Of a stretch of DNA of 64,000 bases, positions 9,473 through 20,735 are shown in pieces. The translations under genes were made by a program, and so were the position numbers. Numbering within the stretch: position 1 is the first letter of the stretch; every line of letters begins with the position of its first letter. The stretch lies in the NCBI GenBank assembly GCA_027622665.1, contig JAQBYT010000005.1:64001-128000 (forward strand), read 5' to 3'. The stretch is from Verrucomicrobiota bacterium. Lineage in GTDB: Bacteria; Verrucomicrobiota; Verrucomicrobiia; Opitutales; Seribacteraceae. The notes beneath the pieces are model-generated. The model was not told where the DNA came from. It saw only the letters and a program-made list of their open reading frames with translations, and searched no databases.

Positions 9473-9657
9473 GGGACTTTCTTTAATTTCTTCACACGCC
9501 TTCTTTATATTAATGTCTTAAATCTCGAACTATTTGATATTTGAGAGGTAGTTGGCATTTAAACTTTAGCCCGTTTAAAGCTTTAAGAATCAATGTCCTT
9601 TCCTCTCTTGCACTTCAAAGTTGAATCTATCACTTCATAAATTTCATATTGATCCTC

Positions 9658-10446
9658 ATGAAAACCTTCATCTCTTCACTTGCCTCAATTCTTTTGCTTA
9701 TGATTGTCGCTCAAGCCGAAAAGCTTGATGATGGCTTTTCATCCTATGTTCCCGTCACATTGGGAGACTCTTCCAAAACCGCCTTCAATTATCGATGGCG
9801 TGCACCCGACAAGGTGGAACCTGGAAATAAGTATCCTCTTCTTTTTTTCCTACATGGAGCTGGTGGACGGGGGAATGACAATAAGGGCCAACTGAACGAT
9901 GCGGGCGGCATCAAGGCCTTCGTCAAGCAAGGCGTTTCTACAAGCCGAGAATCCTATGTCTTTGCCGGTCAAGTGCCTAATGGCCAGCGCTGGGTGGATG
10001 TTCACTGGGGTACTTTGGAGCACAAGATGCCCAAGGCTTCCAAATCGATGGCTATGGCACTCGAAGCTCTCGAAACATTCATCGGCGATAAGAAAAACCA
10101 AGTCGATCCTGATCGCGTCTACGTCATGGGGCTTTCCATGGGTGGCTACGGTACCTGGGACGCTATCCAGCGTCGCCCTGATCTTTTTGCCGCGGCCGTC
10201 CCAATTTGTGGAGGTGGCGACAAAAGCCTTGGTCAGAAAATTGCCAAGCTACCCGTCTGGGCATGGCACGGGGATAAGGACGGGGTTATCAAGGTCAGTC
10301 GTTCTCGCGATATGATCGAAGCGATCAAGGTGGCGGGCGGCTCTCCCAAATACTCCGAGATCAAGGGACGCGGCCACAATGCCTGGACCGATGTTTGGAA
10401 CTCGAATGAGCTTTGGGACTGGTTGTATTCTCAAAAGAGAAAGTAA
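9658..10446 (+). CDS. Secreted alpha/beta hydrolase (phospholipase/carboxylesterase or predicted peptidase family)
   Basis: Signal peptide; YPLLFFLHGAG, GLSMGGYG, WHGDKD, GHNAW. Confidence 0.88.
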   Translation: MKTFISSLASILLLMIVAQAEKLDDGFSSYVPVTLGDSSKTAFNYRWRAPDKVEPGNKYPLLFFLHGAGGRGNDNKGQLNDAGGIKAFVKQGVSTSRESYVFAGQVPNGQRWVDVHWGTLEHKMPKASKSMAMALEALETFIGDKKNQVDPDRVYVMGLSMGGYGTWDAIQRRPDLFAAAVPICGGGDKSLGQKIAKLPVWAWHGDKDGVIKVSRSRDMIEAIKVAGGSPKYSEIKGRGHNAWTDVWNSNELWDWLYSQKRK

Positions 10447-10593
10447 AAGAAAGAATCTCTGTCTTTTTAGGGTTTGCCAGTCATTTTTACGGGACGGCAT
10501 TTTGGAGGGATTGCTCGTCTTTTTATAAAAAAATGAAAAAAAAGTCGGCTATTTTCCGTTGAGCGTAACTTAGTATGCATAGAATCTTTTTCC

Positions 10594-10758
10594 ATGCCCA
10601 CTGATAATTCCATTACCTCTCAACATGAAGATTTCGTCTCGCTCTACGTTCCACACGAACCGGGTGTGTTTTCCTTCGTTTTCGGCATCGCGGGGAAAAC
10701 CGTGGATGCCGAGGATGTGACGCAACGGGTTCCCCAAAGATGCTTTAATCTACAATGA
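10594..10758 (+). pseudogene. Truncated ECF sigma-70 factor (start of region 2 only)
   Basis: Manual translation MPTDNSITSQHEDFVSLYVPHEPGVFSFVFGIAGKTVDAEDVTQ...; stops after 54 codons. Confidence 0.6.
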
Positions 10759-12933
10759 CAACCTTCCAATTTATCCCTAGCCCTAACGATCTGTTGGGTT
10801 GCGGTATCGGCTCAATCCAAGAAACCGAATGTCATCCTATTTATGGCGGACGACATGGGCATCGGTGATACCAGTGCCTACCTAGGGGTGAAACTGATCC
10901 CTCAGACCGAGGCGATTGGGAAAACTCTTAAGACGCCCAATATCGAGAAGCTAAGCAATCAGGGCATGATCTTCACGGATGCCCCCGCCTCCATGTGCAG
11001 CTCGACGCGCTATTCCCTCCTTACGGGGCGGCTCTCGCATCGTTCCTACCTTAAAAAGCAAGGTTGGCTTCCGAACGGTCCCAGTCGGCCCATGATTCAC
11101 CGAGAATTGACTACCCTTCCCGAGATGCTGAAAGGAACGGTTACGCCACAGCGGCGATCGGGAAGTACCATGTCGGGATGGATTTCGACGATGGGTACGG
11201 AGCACCTGCTGATGAGTTCGACTTCCATGACGTTGACTTCACCAAGTCCATCCTGGACGGGCCGACTCACCATGGCTTTGATGAATTCTTCAGGATGCCG
11301 GGAAACACCGAGGACCCCCTTGACTCCGAACCCAGAGTGTACCTTCGCAACGACCGGTGGACCTTTTCGAACCGCTCGAAAATGAGGTTGATCGGAATGA
11401 AGCACAGGGAAGGTCGCGTCCTCGCGGATCCGGACTGGAACCTTGCTGACCTCGAGGCCGATTACCTGCGCGAGGCCTTAGGCTTCGTGAAGAGGCAGGC
11501 CAAGGAAGAGAAGCCCTTCTTCCTCTACTACGTACCCAATGCAAACCATTACCAGCGAAACCCGACCGGGGAGTACGCCGTGCCCGAAGCCATTGCCGGC
11601 ACTAAGATCAAGGGAGAGAGCGTATATTCCGACGGCACCAAGGGAGGCGACCGCGAGGACATGGTTCTGGAAAACGACACTGCTTTCGGGGCATTGCTCA
11701 AGACGCTCCGAGAGACGGACGATCCTCGTCAACCAGGCCATAAACTGATCGACAACACCTTGGTGATCTTCACTAGTGACAACGGCTCAAATGTGGGTGA
11801 AAACAAAGGCCGAAACCAGGAAAGCGGGGGGTTGCGGGGCAAAAAGGCAAAGATTTGGGAAGGTGGACACCGCGTACCTTTTGTTCTCTTCTGGAAGGGA
11901 CATTTCTAGGGTAACCGGATCAACCGGAATCTGTTCTCGCTCACGGATCTCTTCGCCACCCTCGCCCGCGTCGTCGGGGACAAGCTCAATCCTTTCGAGG
12001 CCCAAGACAGCTTGGATTCGCTCGCATACTGGAAGGCCCCCGAGTGCGCGCTATTTCTTTTGCCACCTCGGACCGCCCTACGGAAACGACGCCATCGCAA
12101 TAAGGCAATCATCCCAAAAACTCATCTTTCAAGGTGGTCTTGCACATCCATGGGCAGACTCTTGAACTAAAGGGTCTACGGAAGCACTTGTCTCTTATGA
12201 ACTAAGTGAAAACCCGTACGAGGAAGGAGATTTTTCCGATAAGGACGGGAGCGAGAAAGCAACGAGAATGGCTGCCGATTTGTTAAAGATCCATAACCGT
12301 GGCCATCTGCGAGAACTCGATCCGCAAGACGACGGAAACCTGATTCTTGACGACGGATGGCACAACTTGAGAAACGACCTGACCGGAGTAATCGGATTCG
12401 AGTTCGAGCTTCTGGAAAAACGCACAGCCACCCACCTAGGAATGTGGGACGACCATGACCGCGAAAAGCCTGTCCGTTCCGCACGCGGAATTCCCACCGA
12501 GGAGCAACGGGACCAACCAAGCCGGATTGGGAAAAACCCAAGAACCATACAAAGCCCGCCTTCAATTGCCCTCTGGAGGCTCGATGGAGGCTTTCCGGAA
12601 GAACTCATCCGCATGAAAATGGCACCAGGCAAATCAGGCGAACTTGAAGGCGAGTTTCGATACTTGAAGGTCGACAGGCCCATTGCCCTTGAAAAGGGAG
12701 CCAAGTACCTGCTCACCATGTCCACTATTGCGGGTGACGGGGATCATTTTCACGACCCCGCCGCCTACGACGGTATATCCCCGCTGATCAATCCCAAGGT
12801 CAGGGTCCTCCGAAGCGTCCTTTTCAGGAATGAGGATATGGAACGGGCATTGGCAATTCCCTCATTCGCTGATCTACGTTCCGACTACTCTTTATTTCGA
12901 ATCCCCGTCGGCCCGACCATCCGATTCCAATAG
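10755..12933 (+). pseudogene. Arylsulfatase (S1 family) with C-terminal extension; multiple lesions
   Basis: KPNVILFMADD, CSSTRYSLLTGR, IGKYH, FTSDNG, EGGHRVP split over frames; frameshifts near 10770, 11134 and 12040; in-frame stops TAG 11907 and TGA 12163. Confidence 0.85.
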
Positions 12934-13030
12934 AACCCTTATGGAAAAGCTTTCGCGTAATAATGAACTGCGTATCCCAATAGAGCACATGGTTGAGATT
13001 TAATATTCTCTTCTGCTTCACTCCTTGCTA

Positions 13031-13568
13031 ATGAAACACACACCTTTGCCTTTCCTCGCTTGTGTTCTCCCTGACAGGACATGCCTCCATTGAGCCCGTT
13101 CCCTTCCACGAAGTCGAGATGACGAGCGAGTTTTGGCGCCCGCGTCTCATCACCCAGCGAAAGGTGCTGGTTCCCTTCGCCTTCGAAAAGACCGCACAGG
13201 GCGTGGCCCACCTGCAGGCAGCGGCCGACTTTTTGGAAGGGAAAAAAGTGGAGGAGCATCGTCCCCACAGGTTCATCGATTCCGACCTTTACAAGGTCAT
13301 GGAAGGCGCCGCCTACCTGGCCCAATTACAGGACGACCCCGAATTGGAAGCCGCCTACCCTCAGCTTTTCGTCACAAACGAGGAGATAACGAAGAATCGA
13401 GACCAAGCGAGAAAAGCCCTCAAGGAAAACGCGCACTTCAAGAAGCTCACCGATGACCGGGCTGCCGCCTACCGGGCTCAACAGGACCACCTCTACGAAA
13501 ACGACGAAAGACTAGCAGAGCTCAAGGAATTAGTGGAAAACGAGAAAGCGCAGTCCAAAAACAAATAA
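13031..13568 (+). pseudogene. Chimeric remnant: GH127 (beta-L-arabinofuranosidase-like) N-terminus joined to an unrelated helical C-terminus
   Basis: VPFHEVEMTSEFWRPR and FIDSDLYKVMEGAAY are GH127-like; similarity ends at DPELEA; likely ATG at 13031 is out of frame with the ORF. Confidence 0.6.
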
Positions 13569-13690
13569 CCCTCGGATCCAAATTTTCGATTCGTATTGAG
13601 AGCAATTAAATCGAAAGCCATTTAGCGGCGTAATTGTTATCGATTGAAAATTGCCAGCCCGAATCGTTGTCGGTAAAGATATTCGTGATC

Positions 13691-15064
13691 ATGGACATCA
13701 TTGAAATGAATCAGCTTCGAATGAACGAGTTGGCCGCATGCAGCCCACAACTTGCCGAACAAGTGAAGGCCCTTGATTGGATCGAAATGCAAGCCGCCTT
13801 GGACGAATGCATTTTCAAGAAGGATCAAATCGGGTTGCCCGAAGAGTATGGCCCAGCCTCCTACTTCCCATTAATACCGGGAAATCCGGAACAGGAAAAA
13901 CTCTATGTACAAGCCTTTGAGCATGGAGAGTCACTCATTCGGGCAGGCAAGACCGCCGCCTTTACGGTAGCCGGGGGGCAGGGGACACGCTTGGGATACG
14001 ATGGTCCGAAGGGCACCTTGCCCGTCAGCCCTATCAAGGGGAAACCGCTCTTTCAGCTCTTCGCCGAACAAATTGCGGGGATAGGTGAAAAGTATGACGT
14101 CACCATCCCTTGGTACGTCATGTGCAGTCCGCTCAACTTGGAGGCTACCCTAGCTCACTTTGAAGAAAACGGCTATTATGGGCTGAACCAAGAAAACCTT
14201 GCCTTCTTTGCCCAAGGCGTGATGCCGGCAACCGATTTCGAGGGCAACCTTCTCCTCACCAACCCAGACAGCCTAGCCCTCTCCCCCAATGGTCATGGCG
14301 GATCTCTCAAGGCCCTGATTGACTCCGGTTCCGTTGCCGACATGGCCCAAAGAGGCATCGAGCACGTCTCTTACTTTCAGGTAGACAATCCCTTGGTCGG
14401 CATCATCAACCCGCTTTTTATTGGACTTCACGACCTGCAAAAATCCGACATGTCAAGCCGATCGCTGACCAAGACCGGACCCTTTGAGAAACTCGGCAAC
14501 TTCGTTTCCATTGGCGATCGTGTAACCATCATCGAGTATTCGGATTTGCCCGATGAAAAGGCTTTGGAAAAAGAGGATGACGGGCGGATCAAGTACCGGG
14601 CAGGAAGTCCGGCCATTCATGTTCTGCGCCGTGACTTCATCGAGCAATTCGCCAGCGGAGAGATCAAGCTTCCGTACCACCGGGCGGAAAAGAAAGTTGC
14701 TTGCTTGAGCGACACCGGGGAATCCGTCACTCCCGAACAACCCAATGCAGTTAAATTCGAGACCTTCGTCTTCGACGCTCTGCCCCTCGCCAAGAACCCT
14801 TTGATTCTCGAAGCCGACCGGTTGGAGGAATTTTCCCCGGTCAAGAACATGACCGGGATCGATTCCTTGGAAAGCTCGCAGGCCGATCAAATAAAAAGGG
14901 CCAAGCGATGGCTCGCTAACTCGGGTCATGCCATCAGGGAAGACGCCATCGTGGAAATCTGTCCTCGGGCTTTTCCCAGCGAACGGGACCTCCTTATCGC
15001 AAACCCGGAAAAGTGCGACCTCGAGGCTGATTTGGTTTACCTGAGTACGGCCGATCGCTCTTGA
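13691..15064 (+). CDS. UDP-N-acetylglucosamine pyrophosphorylase (UDPGP type 1, eukaryote-like UAP family)
   Basis: AGGQGTRLGYDGPKG, SPNGHGG, QVDNPL, IIEYSD, KFETFVFD, EFSPVKN. Confidence 0.92.
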   Translation: MDIIEMNQLRMNELAACSPQLAEQVKALDWIEMQAALDECIFKKDQIGLPEEYGPASYFPLIPGNPEQEKLYVQAFEHGESLIRAGKTAAFTVAGGQGTRLGYDGPKGTLPVSPIKGKPLFQLFAEQIAGIGEKYDVTIPWYVMCSPLNLEATLAHFEENGYYGLNQENLAFFAQGVMPATDFEGNLLLTNPDSLALSPNGHGGSLKALIDSGSVADMAQRGIEHVSYFQVDNPLVGIINPLFIGLHDLQKSDMSSRSLTKTGPFEKLGNFVSIGDRVTIIEYSDLPDEKALEKEDDGRIKYRAGSPAIHVLRRDFIEQFASGEIKLPYHRAEKKVACLSDTGESVTPEQPNAVKFETFVFDALPLAKNPLILEADRLEEFSPVKNMTGIDSLESSQADQIKRAKRWLANSGHAIREDAIVEICPRAFPSERDLLIANPEKCDLEADLVYLSTADRS

Positions 15065-15069
15065 AAAAG

Positions 15070-15843
15070 TTAAGGGGTGTCTCCGTTTGTGTGATCTCCA
15101 GTTGCTCCTTCAGATTCGACCCGCTTGAAACGGCCGCTCTCAATGAAGCTCAGGCAATGCTCGAAGGTATCCTTGCAATTCATGATGAAGGTATGACTGT
15201 GGTGCAGAAGCAACCAGTCGTTCATTCCTTCGAGCTCGGTAGACTTAACGGCCACTAACCCATCATTTGGTTCCGAAAAGGTAAGGCTCTGACCCTTGTC
15301 CCCTGCCAGAATGCCAAAGGGTACCGTCGGAACCGGCAAGTCACGGTAAAAGATTTCTTCTGATAGTTTTTGACCACTATCTCCCGCTAACCAACGATAG
15401 AGAAGGTTCTTCTTGAAGCGCTTTGCCAAGTGGGCCGGTTGGTTGGGAGGGGCAAGCATCACGACCTTTCCCAAGCCGGAGGGATATTCTTTCCGAAACG
15501 CATTGCGGATAATGACGTTTCCCAGCGAATGTCCGATGAGGTGATAGTTGGAAGTCTTTACTTTTTTCCCTATGAATTCAACCAGTTGTTCAGATATTTC
15601 ATCGAGAGAATCGCTTTTCTGGTTATATGTAAAGTTCGCCGTTTTATAGCCCGCCGATCGAAATCGCATGCTCAAAACCAACATGGAAAGCCTCGTGCGC
15701 CCTTGTCCGGGCAAGAGAACGATGGACTCGTTCTTTTTCATGGCAATGTTAGAAGGCTCATCTTTTTTTGAATCCATACGGCTTGCGGTAACGCAACTGG
15801 ACAAAGGAATACAAGCAAGCAGGAAAGCCGGAACGTTTTTCAT
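15070..15843 (-). CDS. Lipase-like alpha/beta hydrolase, possible lipoprotein
   Basis: GHSLG, LAPPNQ, NDGLV, HTFIM; LSSC lipobox-like. Confidence 0.8.
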   Translation of the reverse strand: MKNVPAFLLACIPLSSCVTASRMDSKKDEPSNIAMKKNESIVLLPGQGRTRLSMLVLSMRFRSAGYKTANFTYNQKSDSLDEISEQLVEFIGKKVKTSNYHLIGHSLGNVIIRNAFRKEYPSGLGKVVMLAPPNQPAHLAKRFKKNLLYRWLAGDSGQKLSEEIFYRDLPVPTVPFGILAGDKGQSLTFSEPNDGLVAVKSTELEGMNDWLLLHHSHTFIMNCKDTFEHCLSFIESGRFKRVESEGATGDHTNGDTP

Positions 15844-15978
15844 ATGCTTGCCGGAACTTCAAGCAAATCAATTAGTCTTCCCAAAAAGGTGATCATCTTG
15901 AAAACCATTGCATTGACAATATCGAGCCAAAGGCAAGGAAAAGCTTGCTCAGGGTAAGGTTCGCTTCGATAAGAAATT

Positions 15979-16854
15979 ATGGCTACCAAATTCCTTACTC
16001 CATTCCTCGCCCTTTTTCTTTTCGCGCCACTCTTCGCCCAGAAGATCGAGCCGACCTACAAGCACGTTGCCTACGGGGCACACAAGGACATGAAGCTCAA
16101 TTTCTGGAAGATCGAGTCCAAGGAACCCACACCGCTGCTCGTTCATATCCACGGGGGAGGCTGGCTTGGGGGCAAGAAAAACGAAACCTACGATTCCACC
16201 CAGAGACATGGTTACAGCTATGCCTCGATCGACTACCGTCTGGCCGGCACTGAACTTCTGCCCGCCGCCGTGCACGACGCTGCCAGAGCCATCCAATTCT
16301 TGCGAACCAAGGCAAAGGAATGGAATTTCGACCCGAAGCGCATCGCCGTGACCGGTGGTTCCGCCGGGGCCGCCTCCAGCTTGTGGCTCGCCTACCATGA
16401 CGACCTTGCCGACCCCAAGAGCAAGGACCCCGTCCTGCGCCAATCCTCACGCGTCTGCGGAGCCGTGGCTATGGGCGGACAAACCACGCTCGACCCCTTC
16501 CTTCTCAAAGAAAAGATCGGCTTAGCCTGTATCCGTCATCCCATGATCTGGAAGACCGTGGGTGCGATCAGCCACGAGCATCTGATGAAGGACTGGGACA
16601 AATACAAAGCTATTTCGATCGAGTGCTCTCCCCTTACTCATGTCACCAAGGACGACCCACCCGTCTGGATACGCTACGGCAAGCCCGCTCCCGTGCCCGT
16701 GATCAAGGGCGACGGCATACACCACGCCGGTTTCGGGCGTCTGCTCAAGGAAAAGTGCGAAAAAGTCGGCATCAAGTGCCATGTATCGGTTACTGGTCAC
16801 GAGCAACCGGAGATCAACAACACCGATTTCCTCAAGCAGGTCTTTGCAAAGTAG
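15979..16854 (+). CDS. Secreted esterase (HSL-like alpha/beta hydrolase)
   Basis: HIHGGGW, DYRL, GGSAGA; signal peptide. Confidence 0.88.
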   Translation: MATKFLTPFLALFLFAPLFAQKIEPTYKHVAYGAHKDMKLNFWKIESKEPTPLLVHIHGGGWLGGKKNETYDSTQRHGYSYASIDYRLAGTELLPAAVHDAARAIQFLRTKAKEWNFDPKRIAVTGGSAGAASSLWLAYHDDLADPKSKDPVLRQSSRVCGAVAMGGQTTLDPFLLKEKIGLACIRHPMIWKTVGAISHEHLMKDWDKYKAISIECSPLTHVTKDDPPVWIRYGKPAPVPVIKGDGIHHAGFGRLLKEKCEKVGIKCHVSVTGHEQPEINNTDFLKQVFAK

Positions 16855-16923
16855 AGGCTTCCGCGGGGCACGGTTAATCGGGATTTGGCGCGAGCCAATA
16901 ATCCGTGGCCATCTGGCTTTAGT

Positions 16924-17592
16924 TTATTTCTTGATTCGAAAGTGACCTGTAATTGGAAAATCGAACAGTCGGTTTTCTTCCTGAGCGCCACTGCCGATAT
17001 TGTGGATTACGAATGGAACCCCGGTGGGGGTCTTCTTGTCGCTCACTATCATTATATGCGCCAAATTACGGCCCACCGTGCATATGACTAAGTCGCCTGG
17101 CAGATAGTCCTTCGCTTTCCGAGTCACGACTAAGGAGCAACCCCGACGCTTGAAATAGGTCTTGAGGTTAGGGACGCGTCGATGGTCGATGTTGGGGTCG
17201 GGTTTCTTGAGGCCCCAGATATTTGGGTATGCGGAAAAGGCAGTTTTCATATCCTCATGCAAAAGTTTCCGCAGGTCGATCTTGCATGCATCGCGTAAAG
17301 CTCGAATCACGACGTCCGTACAAACTCCCGTTTCAATGGGGAGGTCACCATTTGGATACGCCAATCCGACGTAAGTGGGATAATAACTTAGTGTTTTCCC
17401 AATCTGACTGCGGGCTGCCGTAACGATTGGGGATGCGGTTGCCTCGCGTTTTGTCTTAGGTGTTGCGGAATTGCCGTCTCCTAGTGTCGGGCCTTGGTCG
17501 CAACCAACCACGAACCAGGCAATCATGGCCAAAAGCCAAGTGGCGCTTCTGAACCGTGTTCGGCAATTTGTCCGTGTCGCCTGCTTCAACAT
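16924..17592 (-). CDS. DUF1287 (YijF-like) protein, probable lipoprotein
   Basis: YPNGDLP..GVCTDVVIRA, DPNIDHRRVPNL, HIMIVSD, HNIG; start placed at ATG 17592, upstream ORF extension judged non-coding. Confidence 0.85.
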   Translation of the reverse strand: MLKQATRTNCRTRFRSATWLLAMIAWFVVGCDQGPTLGDGNSATPKTKREATASPIVTAARSQIGKTLSYYPTYVGLAYPNGDLPIETGVCTDVVIRALRDACKIDLRKLLHEDMKTAFSAYPNIWGLKKPDPNIDHRRVPNLKTYFKRRGCSLVVTRKAKDYLPGDLVICTVGRNLAHIMIVSDKKTPTGVPFVIHNIGSGAQEENRLFDFPITGHFRIKK

Positions 17593-17861
17593 TAGTAAAG
17601 ACCCCAATGCAATGGATAGTTTTTTGTTAATGATGCGGTATTCGTTTACCAATGTATCGTCACATGATTTGAATTTATTCTGATAACACACTTTAGAAGT
17701 AAACGGCAAGTTTGCCCAAAGCAGAATCATCAACAGGGGGAGGTTTCCGGAAGTCCCTCCATCCCAAAGAATCAAAAAATCGCGCGAAATGACTGGAAGT
17801 AGATCCAATCTGGCGCTAATTGATTTCGACCATCCGATAACACACAACCTAGAAGTTACCA

Positions 17862-20693
17862 ATGACCACCTTACGATTCACCTGCATTGCCCTGTCACTT
17901 TCTTTGGCGAGCGCCTTTGGCCAGAGCCAGTTGCCGCCGCTGGAAAAATCTGTTGAGGATCCCTCAACGGGACTCAACGTCCAACCGGGCTTCGAAGTCG
18001 ACCTGATCTACAAGGTGGATAAGAGAAAGTATGGCTCTTGGATAGCGATGGCCTTTGACGGCCAAGGCCGCTTGTCGGTATCCGACCAAGGAGGGGCCGG
18101 CACCTTCTCGGTCGAGATACCCAAGCCAGGCGAGGCCTTCGACGAAAGCAAGATCAAGAAGCTCGACGTCAAGTCGTCCCAGTGGGGCATGCTCTATGCC
18201 TTCGATCACCTCTACATGATGGGCAATCGCAGCCTTTCCCGGGCCAAGGTCCTGCCAAATGGAGATTTAGGACCAACTGAATTCCTCGCGGAAATGAATG
18301 GGGGCGGCGAACACGGACCCCACTCCATCGTTGTCTCTCCCGACGGCAAAAGCCTGTACGTCATAGCGGGAAACATGACCCCGCTGCCAAAGTACCAGAA
18401 GACCCGCATACGGGACAGCTGGAAGGACGACTACCTTCTGCAAAATTACGCCTATGGACACAATGGAGGAGGTCAGGCTCCCGGTGGCTGGGTCTTGAAA
18501 GTGAGTCCGGACGGCAAGGAACGGGAAGTCCTCAATATGGGCTATCGCAACCCGGTCGACTTCGCCTTGAATCGGGACGGCGAGCTCTTCGTCTACGATG
18601 CCGACATGGAATGGGACATCGGCGCCCCGTGGTACCGCCCGACCCGCGTCAATCACGGCGTTTCCGGAGGCGAAAGCGGTTGGCGGGCCACCTCCAAGAA
18701 ATGGCGGGAATATTTCCCGGACACCGTGGGTTCGGTGGTCGACGTCGGACCCGGTTGCCCGACCGGCGTAATCGCAGGCACCGACACGAAATTTCCCACC
18801 CATTACCGCGACGCCCTATTCATCTGTGACTGGACCTTCGCCACCATGTACTCGATCCACCTGAAGCCGCAAGGATCGTCCTATGTCGGCGAAAAACGCG
18901 AGTTCATCTCCAACACCAAGGGCTCGCTGTCACTGACCGACATCGATATAGGCCCGGATGGCCACATGTACTTCTGCGTCGGCGGCCGCGGTGGGCAATC
19001 CTACCTTTACCGCGTATCCTACAAAGGAACGGCATCCACTGCCTTGTCAAAACTGGACAGCACTAGCTCCCACGCGGAGGCACGCGGAACCCGTCACATG
19101 CTTGAGGCTTTTCATGGTCATCCCGACCCAAAAGCTGTGGATGCAGCCTGGCCCTATCTGAGCAGCGCGGATTACCATTTGCGTTATGCCGCCCGCATTG
19201 CCATGGAGTGGCAGGATACCAAGATATGGGCGGATAAAGCCTATTCGGAAAAGGACGACGTTGCGGCCATTCACGCCCTGCTTGGTCTGGCCCGAAGCGA
19301 TCTCGAAGCCAGCTTGGCGCCCAGCGTCAAGCGCCTCCTGAAAGTCGACTTCGACAAACTGGACAAAACGGGCCAGCTGGCTCTGTTGCGAACCTATGGA
19401 GTGATTATGAGCCGTGGCGGAAAGCCGGAAGCCGGCCAAGTAAAAGCCATCGGCGACCAACTGGATCCTCACTTCCCCTCCAAGGACGACAACCTCAACG
19501 AGGAACTCTGTCGCGTGCTCTGCTACTTGCAGCACCCGTTGGTGGTCGAGAAGACCGTAGCCCTCATGCAAACCACAAAGGCCAAGATTCCCGACTTCGA
19601 CGCAGAGGTGATGAAGCGCCACAAGGGCTATGGCGGTAGTATCCTGAGCTCGATGGAATCCGCTCCCAATATCCTCAACATACATTTTCTCTTTTGCCTG
19701 AAGGACGTTCAGGAAGGTTGGACCATGGATCATCGCAAGGTCTACCTCGCCGAACTGAAAACTCTAATGAGCAAGAAGGGCGGCAACATGTTTACCGGTT
19801 ACATCCAGAAGATCAGGGATTCCGCGATCGCTTCCGTCCCCGAAAAGGACAGGCCCTCCTTGCAGTATCTGATGGGTGACATAAAGAGCATCGACATCTC
19901 CAAGCTGCCCAAGGCCAAAGGGCCCGGTGTTGTCTGGACGGTGGATTCCGCCCTCAAGATGCTCAAGGAGGAACCTCTCGCAGGACGCAGCTTGGCCAAT
20001 GGCAAGAAGATGTTTTCGGCCGGATTGTGCGTGGCCTGCCACCGCGTTGGCCCCGAGGGTGGCGGAATTGGACCCGACCTGACGAACCTGGCCAAACGCA
20101 GCGACTACAAAGCCATGTTGGAATCCACTTTGCAACCCAACTTGGTGGTATCCGACCAGTTCGAACAACACGAGCTGAAGATGAAGGACGGTGCCGTGGT
20201 CATGGGTCGCATCGTGGTGGATGAAAAAGACTCCTATTCCTTGGTCCAGTCCGGACTCGAGCCCTTGAAGCTCAAGAAGGTCATGAAAGCGGATGTCGCC
20301 TCCAAGAAAGGCTCCAAAATCTCCATGATGCCTCCCGGCTTGGCCAACTCGATGAATGCGGATGAACTGAAGGATCTCATTGCCTATTTCGTCTCCCAGG
20401 GAAACAACCGTCATCCGGTTTACAAAAGACCCAAGTCCAACAAGAAGCTGGATATCGAAATCATCAGTGCGATCTATGGAGTGAAAGGAAACGCTCAGAG
20501 GAGCATGGATGTCAGCAAGGCCATCGAGCAGTACCTCGATGCCCGGGAATACGAATTTGAGATCACCAATGTTTTTGCAGGTCGAGACCCGGCCGGCGGC
20601 ACAGCCAAGGTGCTGGTGCTCGAGTATAAGTTCAACGGCAAGAAAATCAGTAAAACGATTAATGAGAACGGTCTCGTTTCTTTCTACGAATAG
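17862..20693 (+). CDS. PVC-type heme-c (CxxCH) protein: dehydrogenase-like beta-propeller, HEAT repeats, cytochrome c, C-terminal DUF3395/SUEL-lectin-like domain
   Basis: GGEHGPH, GYRNP, DMEWD.GAPWYRPTR, CVACH...GPDLT, SMMPPGL; tail IISAIYG...DPAGGTAKVLVLEY. Confidence 0.85.
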   Translation: MTTLRFTCIALSLSLASAFGQSQLPPLEKSVEDPSTGLNVQPGFEVDLIYKVDKRKYGSWIAMAFDGQGRLSVSDQGGAGTFSVEIPKPGEAFDESKIKKLDVKSSQWGMLYAFDHLYMMGNRSLSRAKVLPNGDLGPTEFLAEMNGGGEHGPHSIVVSPDGKSLYVIAGNMTPLPKYQKTRIRDSWKDDYLLQNYAYGHNGGGQAPGGWVLKVSPDGKEREVLNMGYRNPVDFALNRDGELFVYDADMEWDIGAPWYRPTRVNHGVSGGESGWRATSKKWREYFPDTVGSVVDVGPGCPTGVIAGTDTKFPTHYRDALFICDWTFATMYSIHLKPQGSSYVGEKREFISNTKGSLSLTDIDIGPDGHMYFCVGGRGGQSYLYRVSYKGTASTALSKLDSTSSHAEARGTRHMLEAFHGHPDPKAVDAAWPYLSSADYHLRYAARIAMEWQDTKIWADKAYSEKDDVAAIHALLGLARSDLEASLAPSVKRLLKVDFDKLDKTGQLALLRTYGVIMSRGGKPEAGQVKAIGDQLDPHFPSKDDNLNEELCRVLCYLQHPLVVEKTVALMQTTKAKIPDFDAEVMKRHKGYGGSILSSMESAPNILNIHFLFCLKDVQEGWTMDHRKVYLAELKTLMSKKGGNMFTGYIQKIRDSAIASVPEKDRPSLQYLMGDIKSIDISKLPKAKGPGVVWTVDSALKMLKEEPLAGRSLANGKKMFSAGLCVACHRVGPEGGGIGPDLTNLAKRSDYKAMLESTLQPNLVVSDQFEQHELKMKDGAVVMGRIVVDEKDSYSLVQSGLEPLKLKKVMKADVASKKGSKISMMPPGLANSMNADELKDLIAYFVSQGNNRHPVYKRPKSNKKLDIEIISAIYGVKGNAQRSMDVSKAIEQYLDAREYEFEITNVFAGRDPAGGTAKVLVLEYKFNGKKISKTINENGLVSFYE

Positions 20694-20735
20694 CCTAGTA
20701 GAAAAAGTAGGCGGCTTCTTAGGCAAGATCAACCT

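Noticed and set aside
17593..17862. N-terminal extension of the DUF1287 ORF
   Set aside because: Precedes the signal-like segment and spans the divergent promoter region up to the next ATG; likely non-coding
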